A stretch of DNA of 32,000 nt from Acaryochloris marina MBIC11017. Its GTDB lineage: Bacteria; Cyanobacteriota; Cyanobacteriia; Thermosynechococcales; Thermosynechococcaceae. The notes beneath the pieces are model-generated. The model ran no database searches, was not told the origin of the DNA, and was given only the letters and a program-made list of their open reading frames with translations. The position numbers and the translations under genes were made by a program. This document shows, one piece after another, positions 27,701 to 32,000 of this stretch; within the stretch, counting starts at the first letter, position 1; every line of letters starts with the position of its first letter. Location of the stretch: NCBI RefSeq assembly GCF_000018105.1, contig NC_009925.1:2760001-2792000 (forward strand). The letters are read 5' to 3'.

Positions 27701-27924
27701 GAAATAGCCAACTTTGTCACTGGCGTATCCAGGGCTTTGATCAGTGGTTCTGCTTTTTGCAAATAAGGGGCAAGCTGTTGAATCTGATCGGCATTGTCCT
27801 GCCAAGCTTTTGCAGCATCCGGCAACGCCTTCATGGCTTCAATGCCTTGTTGGGCCACATCTCCCCAAGGAATATCTCGTACATCCGTATTGAGAAAATC
27901 CCAAAATCCTCTGAGAGCTTTCAT
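24757..27924 (-). CDS. NLR-like STAND NTPase: helical N-terminal region + NACHT P-loop module + C-terminal pentapeptide-repeat array
   Basis: 1055-aa ORF. Walker A is VMFMEGEAGRGKSVFCRMI (about 26962-26988) and Walker B is FFIILDGFDELL. A helical/winged-helix-like middle region follows. The C-terminus has 29 consecutive A(D/N)L(S/R/I)(S/R) pentapeptides plus 2-3 degenerate ones. Confidence 0.9.
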   Translation of the reverse strand: MKALRGFWDFLNTDVRDIPWGDVAQQGIEAMKALPDAAKAWQDNADQIQQLAPYLQKAEPLIKALDTPVTKLAISGLPFVSAGINVLKIGIELAKVEPTFESSVTIVAQLAYLRSLEIVLEKQDETIKAKLAQLLLKDVVEQQLSKFYKTELTLTEAKTATTQFRESVFAEKFGTDLIEQLQQFGLDNSQAQRLADQVLWGSHRYFHEVIAEAGESVEPLAEFYRTGGQQELERYTAIDEYLKTRIRPTPQEQVFDESSPRVSFQDIYVRLEVQPLTQEGEVKRDVSPICSHEWTKKTLDQPANQPRKVMFMEGEAGRGKSVFCRMIANWVCSEFGDAFIPLRIRLRDLRKLANNLTETLEDCPDLEQENFVRGESSWLADKNTRFFIILDGFDELLLEGRATGGLKEFLQQVTDFQRRSHHQLLVTGRPLALQGIDRLITQNKDLERVRLEPMGDQLREGWLNKWQALFGEEKVNQFREFLTACPKDITDTLAREPLLLYLLARLNREGHLTQGMFADTQAGLNQDTQAKLRIYRAAVNWVLKKQRQDENLRLSGLDSLEDLREILQEAALCVVQSGNETARLEMVKQRFQDSSNPIAELLKQAQATTGQSEDKALNNLLTTFYLKPGERDQRGSVEFAHKSFGEYLFAERLLNAFEAWTELDKRQRFRLDERALNEQIYDVLGYGGLSQEIVAYLWELLDESDIDRVRLFNRLNNFYDRWCQNEFLDAPPNENLPQKKLIQLLGHEIPTGLKQVDVFTGLNVMIFLFRLHASAQPGGYPYLGDDTPQPEIYFYPCGQADTESFQADRLLKIIHYADALGTGMFAKTVGPYLIRADLRSADLRSADLSSADLIRADLSSADLSSANLSSANLSSANLSSANLSSANLIRANLSSADLSSANLSSANLIRANLIRANLSSADLSSANLIRANLRSADLRSANLSSANLSSANLIRANLIRANLSSADLSSANLIRANLSNTFLIRTVLSDAQNLTSDQLEGVDPPLICSAFLPSNIDIDSNRDWDGLATALHDRFPTRFATLEKAEQWVEKERYR
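24991..25425 (-). repeat. Tandem array of 29 x 15-bp units inside the NACHT gene, encoding the pentapeptide repeats
   Basis: Plus-strand unit consensus is gaggtYggcgcNNNN. Ten of the 15 positions are invariant in all 29 units. Seven unit variants occur. Segments 24991-25095 and 25126-25230 are identical (105 bp). Confidence 0.95.
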
Positions 27925-28298
27925 TACTGACCTTGATTATCCTGAGTTCTTCAAGATAATAGCTGTACTTCCCTGAAAAGTTCTACCTCTGTTAAGTAAG
28001 GCATAGCCAACTTGACGACTGATTACAAAAACTAAGCGCTCTTTATCAACATCAATCAATATCCCCTGGTTGATTGACCAAACTTCAATCGGTCCTATAG
28101 CAAATAGGTTTGTACCTTGAACTCAATCTGCTGTCTTCTTTGCTGCGCTTGTCCATCGCATCTCAACCGGTGTCTTTTACCCCTAAAGCATAGATAAGCC
28201 TGCTCTCCATACGCCAACAATGTTATATCCTGCGTCACCAGCCCTATCAGATCTGTGCCATTGCTGCAGAGGCTTAATCCCAAATCTGCTAGACTTGA

Positions 28299-28321
28299 CT
28301 TGTACGTAAGTATTGTACAAC
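28299..28321 (+). promoter_or_regulatory. Putative YefM-YoeB operator
   Basis: TTGTAC at 28300-28305 and TTGTACAA at 28313-28320 are spaced 13 bp apart. The second ends 2 nt before the yefM ATG at 28323. The E. coli yefM-yoeB operator is built from TGTACA-core palindromes. Confidence 0.5.
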
Positions 28322-28322
28322 T

Positions 28323-28625
28323 ATGCTGAATAAATCTCATTCGGCCTCTCATGTGCGCCAAAACTTCTTCAAAGTTCTGGATGAGGTCACCCAAGATCGC
28401 AACGTCGTCCTAATTGAAAGACGAGATGCCCCAGACGTCGCCATCATCTCCGCCGATGAGCTAACCAGCATGATGGAAAGCCTCTACCTGCTGAGATCCC
28501 CCCATAATGCCCAAAGACTGTTTGACGGACTGGCCTGGTCAAAAACCCAAGATCAGAATCCACCTGGCGCAGAAGCTGCCGAACAAGCCATCGCCCAGTT
28601 GAGAGAAGAGATTGAGCAAGCGTAA
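28323..28625 (+). CDS. yefM: Type II antitoxin YefM
   Basis: 100 aa. SASHVRQNFFKVLDEV...VLIERRDAPDVAIISADELTSMMESLYLLRSPHNAQRL closely parallels E. coli YefM (..ETAYLLRSPANARRL..). Confidence 0.9.
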   Translation: MLNKSHSASHVRQNFFKVLDEVTQDRNVVLIERRDAPDVAIISADELTSMMESLYLLRSPHNAQRLFDGLAWSKTQDQNPPGAEAAEQAIAQLREEIEQA

Positions 28626-28917
28626 ATCCAACATATCGGATCAGCCCCTCACCGTCTTTCGACGATACGCCAATCTATCGCCTCAATTTCGAGAAGATCT
28701 CAAAGCTCTCGCTCAAACCGAACCTAAACTCTACGATCGCACCTGGGTGATCATTGATAATACCCTCGAAGATCCGTTTAAGGGCATTGGCAAGCCTGAA
28801 CCCTTGAAGCATATCGGGAGTGATATTTGGTCTCGCCGCTTATCCCATGAGCATCGCATCGTCTATGTGGTCAGGGATGAGCGTATTGACTTTATCCAAG
28901 CCAAATATCATTACTGA
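28612..28917 (+). CDS. yoeB: Type II toxin YoeB/Txe family
   Basis: PFKGIGKPEPLKHIGSDIWSRRLSHEHRIVYVVRDERIDFIQAKYHY matches YoeB (GKGKPEPLKH..WSRRI..EHRLVY....HY). The only in-frame start upstream of the conserved core is TTG at 28612, which overlaps the yefM stop and gives an N-terminal extension of about 17 aa. Confidence 0.85.
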   Translation: MSKRKSNISDQPLTVFRRYANLSPQFREDLKALAQTEPKLYDRTWVIIDNTLEDPFKGIGKPEPLKHIGSDIWSRRLSHEHRIVYVVRDERIDFIQAKYHY

Positions 28918-28984
28918 TGAATAGGGTCATATTGATGTGAGCACGATTTGAACATTCAGCCAATGCTAATGGATGGTGATAGAC

Positions 28985-29839
28985 TCAACCACAATACGGC
29001 TCTGGCTTATCGGCCAAAATATATACCGTCGTTAGATCATTCCAGAGGCCCTGCTCCGTTTGCAGGGCTTCCAGTTCTGCATATAGTTCAGCTTTGATTT
29101 TTCCTAACTCTGTTGCGGAAAACCGGGATCGCCCATCACCAACAACCTTTGGAGCAGTAATAGAAGGATTCACCACAACGCTCTCCCAAATGGCTTTGGC
29201 TTGATCCAGAGTTGTGTAGCTGCCATGTTGCTCGGTATAAATCTCAACCGCCTCAAAACCAGCCTTTTCAAACAACTGCCGACATTGCTCAATCGAACCT
29301 AACCGATTGCTAGGCTCTAGTTCAAGACCATACTCAGCCAGCACTCTGCGTAACACCACAGCCCCAATATAGGCAGTGTCAGCAGGGGTATGAACGGCGA
29401 TGCGCCCCCTGGGCTTGAGTAACTGATACCACAAACGCAATGTCGCGGCTTTATCCGTCATCCAAGGAAACGTATGGGCACAAAGGATAACGTCAAAATG
29501 ATGGCTGGGATAGTCCAGGGCTTCAGCATCAGCCCGTTGAACCACAACGTTGCTCAGTCCTAACCGCTGAATTTTGCGCTGTGCTTGCTGCAGCATACCT
29601 GGAGAAATATCTACGCCAGTCACATGTCCTTGATCGCCAACTCGTTGGGCAGATGCGATCGCAAGGTAGCCGGTTCCTGTACCAATATCTAAAACCGTCT
29701 GACCAGCACCAATCCGCGCATATTCCAGCAGGCGGTCACAAATTTGAGGGTGCCACTGCCCCTGGTCATAACTTCGACTCCTACGATCATAAAAGTCTGC
29801 AACCCCTTGTTTAAATTTATCTAATGCAAGTGGTTTCAC
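28985..29839 (-). CDS. Class I SAM-dependent methyltransferase
   Basis: 284 aa with SAM-binding motif I, VLDIGTGTGYLAI. Post-I acidic residue context is VTGVDISPGM and motif IV-like context is FDVILCAHTFPW. The substrate is unknown. Confidence 0.8.
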   Translation of the reverse strand: MKPLALDKFKQGVADFYDRRSRSYDQGQWHPQICDRLLEYARIGAGQTVLDIGTGTGYLAIASAQRVGDQGHVTGVDISPGMLQQAQRKIQRLGLSNVVVQRADAEALDYPSHHFDVILCAHTFPWMTDKAATLRLWYQLLKPRGRIAVHTPADTAYIGAVVLRRVLAEYGLELEPSNRLGSIEQCRQLFEKAGFEAVEIYTEQHGSYTTLDQAKAIWESVVVNPSITAPKVVGDGRSRFSATELGKIKAELYAELEALQTEQGLWNDLTTVYILADKPEPYCG

Positions 29840-30182
29840 ATTCAGTCATGATCTACAACTGCCCTCTAGCCTAACGGGAAGTCGAATCCTCAGCAGCACT
29901 TGGCGAATCAAAAGCGGTGCGCTGCAACATCTCACTTTGAAATATGAGAAGCCAAGCCAATCACAAAGAGGCATGCCCGCATCTTTCCAGTCGCTGATCT
30001 ATCGTCAGAGACTCATTTCGGGGCATCCTCCAATCACAGTCAACACGGTGCAATACATCCTACTTGCGGTAAACCGTATACGGTCTATTCGGTGTAGTTT
30101 TACCCCATCTCTGCGGGTAATCTGCACCAGATTTTTTGAGGTGGGTCTGTGAGAATGAAATCACTGAAGTACAGGACCTTCG

Positions 30183-30467
30183 ATGAAACAACCCTCCTTG
30201 TTTAAGCTGTTTCAAGACGCCTTTCGCCAAGGCCTTCGTCATCCAAAATATCGTTGGGCTCTGATCGCTGGCACCTTGTTTTATCTGGTCAGCCCGCTAG
30301 ATCTTGCCCCTGACGTATTACCTATCGCAGGTTGGATTGATGACGGTGTACTCGTAACCTTCCTGATTTCTGAAGTCTGTCAGCTGATGTTGGAAAACAA
30401 GAAAAACAGCACCTCAGAAGAAACCGTTGCAGCCACGATTGATATTGAAGCCAACCCCGTTGTTTAG
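30183..30467 (+). CDS. DUF1232 (YkvA-like) small membrane protein
   Basis: 94 aa. YLVSPLDLAPDVLPIAGWIDDGVLV is the DUF1232 signature. Confidence 0.7.
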   Translation: MKQPSLFKLFQDAFRQGLRHPKYRWALIAGTLFYLVSPLDLAPDVLPIAGWIDDGVLVTFLISEVCQLMLENKKNSTSEETVAATIDIEANPVV

Positions 30468-30510
30468 TCGCCCCACCCGTCCCAACTTGCAGCACCGGAG
30501 AATTTTACAG

Positions 30511-31053
30511 ATGGAAATGAATAACAAAGCCCCCATGAACGCCACATTTTCTCAAATTAAAACTGAAAGCGGGACCCGCAGCCAGCGGATTGCCAAGATC
30601 CTCAAAGAGGCCTTTACGCAAACGTCAGCAGAATTGAAAGAAGGGTATACCATTGTCCGTCCTCTCGCTGCTGAAATGTCGGCCACGGTCGCTGCAGACT
30701 TGCAAGAAAAGCGCCATCAAGCCTCTAGTAATTTCCAAGAGGCTTGGGGTAAAGAAACGGACTCAAAATCAACCTGGGAACGTCTGCAAAGCGTCTTCCA
30801 AATGATGGCCAACGTGATTCAAAAGACCCTCACGCCTCCCCTGCAAAAACAGGCCACTCGCGTCGATACGAAATTCACTGACCAGTATGGTGACTCCTAC
30901 ACATCTATGAAGCACGGACTCCAGTCTCTGAAGAACTGGTACGTCAATGCCACGGATGCTGCCGACCCTGCTGATTCATCCACCCAGCCCGTTCCTCATG
31001 ACACCGTGACGGTGGATGTGGTCGCCTCCCCTGTAGAGGCTCCAGTTCAGTAA
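30511..31053 (+). CDS. Hypothetical protein
   Basis: The ORF-track frame runs 30427-31053. The first ATG (MEMNNKAPMNATF...) is at 30511, which avoids overlap with the DUF1232 gene. The product is predicted helical and hydrophilic. No family was recognised. Confidence 0.45.
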   Translation: MEMNNKAPMNATFSQIKTESGTRSQRIAKILKEAFTQTSAELKEGYTIVRPLAAEMSATVAADLQEKRHQASSNFQEAWGKETDSKSTWERLQSVFQMMANVIQKTLTPPLQKQATRVDTKFTDQYGDSYTSMKHGLQSLKNWYVNATDAADPADSSTQPVPHDTVTVDVVASPVEAPVQ

Positions 31054-31194
31054 AGCTGTGGGCATGGATTCAGCCCCAAGTCGCTCACTACACTTCCCCC
31101 TCCAGATCTTGAACGGCCTAACTCTGCCGCTAGGATAGAGTTAAGCCTCCCCTCAAGTCTGGAGGGATTTTCTATAATTTCACCGCTGCAAGTT

Positions 31195-31674
31195 ATGTCG
31201 TCCCAGACGCAAGCCTATTCTTTAAAAGAGTTATTGGATATGGCGATTGTGATCGCAACCCAATCCCACATAAACCAAATCGATAAAGCGGGCCAGCCCT
31301 ACATTGATCATCCCCTGCGAGTGATGACAGCGGGCCAGACCCTACCGGAGAAAATCGTGGGCGTACTCCATGATGCCGTGGAAGACTCGGACTTAACCCT
31401 GGCAGAACTAGCAGAGTCCGGATTTCCTAAGGAGATTTTGGCCGCCATTGATGCCATTACCAAGCGCGACCATGAATCTTATGACACCTACTTAGAACGC
31501 GTGATGGCAAATGCGATCGCACTGCGAGTCAAGATTGCCGACATGACGGACAACATGGACATCAGCCGCATTGCTCATCCCACAGCGAAAGACTGGACTC
31601 GACTGGAAAAGTATAAAGCCATCCTGCCGCGCTTACAGCAGCGATTAAAAGACAGCACTCATCCCAGGAATTAA
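31195..31674 (+). CDS. Stand-alone HD-domain hydrolase of the RelA/SpoT (RSH) hydrolase type (small alarmone hydrolase-like)
   Basis: 159 aa. AGQPYIDHPLRVM, VLHDAVEDS, AITKRD and VKIADMTDNMD parallel the RSH hydrolase motifs (PYi.HPl.V, LHDvvEDT, TK, KlADRlhNm). There is no synthetase domain. Confidence 0.7.
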   Translation: MSSQTQAYSLKELLDMAIVIATQSHINQIDKAGQPYIDHPLRVMTAGQTLPEKIVGVLHDAVEDSDLTLAELAESGFPKEILAAIDAITKRDHESYDTYLERVMANAIALRVKIADMTDNMDISRIAHPTAKDWTRLEKYKAILPRLQQRLKDSTHPRN

Positions 31675-31781
31675 GACGGCGTAAAGATTGGCAAAGCCAG
31701 TTGCTTCCCCTTCCATCGCGACCAACAATGGAGTTGAACCTTGCAGAGAGCTGTGTCTTGTTAAAGTTATTCCGTGTCTCG

Positions 31782-32000
31782 ATGGCGTTGAGTCGAAAAG
31801 CTGGCTTATGGGTCGGCCTCATACTGATGTGGTTGGGGGTGAATCTTGCCCCGGCCTGGGCTGCCTCTCCTGGGGACGGAGCTGTGCTGTTTGAAACCTA
31901 CTGTGCAGGCTGTCATCCCAAAGGCGGCAATATTATCCGTCGTCGCAAAACTTTAAAACTGAAATCTTTACAGCGAGACGGCTACGACACCCTAGCCCCC
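31782..32000 (+). CDS. c-type cytochrome, cytochrome c6-like (partial; continues past the window end)
   Basis: Not in the ORF track because no stop lies in the window. The frame is open from ATG 31728 or ATG 31782 to 32000. The signal-like segment MALSRKAGLWVGLILMWLGVNLAPAWA is followed by GDGAVLFETYCAGCHPKGGNIIRRRKTL. The haem-binding CAGCH is encoded at 31902-31916. Confidence 0.75.
   Translation, partial: MALSRKAGLWVGLILMWLGVNLAPAWAASPGDGAVLFETYCAGCHPKGGNIIRRRKTLKLKSLQRDGYDTLAP

Noticed and set aside
28095-28394. A 99-aa minus-strand ORF spanning the yefM promoter and start.
   Set aside because: It overlaps the well-supported yefM start and operator, shows no recognisable motif, and lies in a divergent promoter region.
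29937-30242. Overlapping 71-aa (+) and 60-aa (-) ORFs in the methyltransferase/DUF1232 intergenic region.
   Set aside because: They are mutually exclusive, have no motifs, and lie in a probable divergent promoter region.
30427-30510. The N-terminal extension of the 208-aa ORF, which overlaps the DUF1232 gene.
   Set aside because: The extension begins at a non-ATG codon inside the upstream gene. The first ATG, at 30511, gives a non-overlapping gene, so I used the shorter model.
31688-31894. The 68-aa plus-strand ORF from the track (MAKPVASPS...).
   Set aside because: A different frame (31728/31782 to the window end) encodes a signal peptide plus a CAGCH haem-binding motif typical of cytochrome c6-like proteins. 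The listed ORF is an out-of-frame overlap.
1-32000. A search for tRNA or rRNA genes, transposases, integrases, reverse transcriptases (retron/DGR) and cas genes.
   Set aside because: I saw no T-loop/acceptor-like tRNA signatures outside coding regions, no rRNA-like stretches, and no ORF with the corresponding catalytic motifs. The NACHT repeat homogeneity therefore cannot be attributed to a DGR within this window.

Overview
This window reads as a cyanobacterial chromosomal segment. The octamer GCGATCGC (HIP1) occurs at least 12 times, against about 0.5 expected by chance. There are several pentapeptide-repeat genes, a cytochrome c6-like gene, and housekeeping genes (acs, glcE-glcF, rhomboid). 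I support about 30 coding regions and found no rRNA, tRNA, CRISPR array, transposase or integrase. The most unusual content is accessory and looks defence- or conflict-related. (1) A complete 1055-aa NLR-like STAND NTPase lies at 24757-27924 (-). It has an uncharacterised helical N-terminal region of about 300 aa, a NACHT P-loop module, and a C-terminal pentapeptide-repeat beta-helix. That helix is encoded by 29 almost identical 15-bp DNA units, including an exact 105-bp higher-order duplication. (2) A second NACHT gene runs off the left edge (1-1052, -). Beside it is a DUF559 endonuclease gene bracketed by inverted copies of a short palindromic repeat. (3) A 1685-aa TPR protein has an embedded, apparently catalytically intact C39/papain-like cysteine peptidase core and a C-terminal membrane anchor. 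(4) Two Phd/YefM-type toxin-antitoxin modules carry TGTAC-type operator repeats. (5) There are stand-alone NADAR and small-alarmone-hydrolase-like HD genes. All functional calls come from motifs recognised by eye in the supplied translations. No database search was run.
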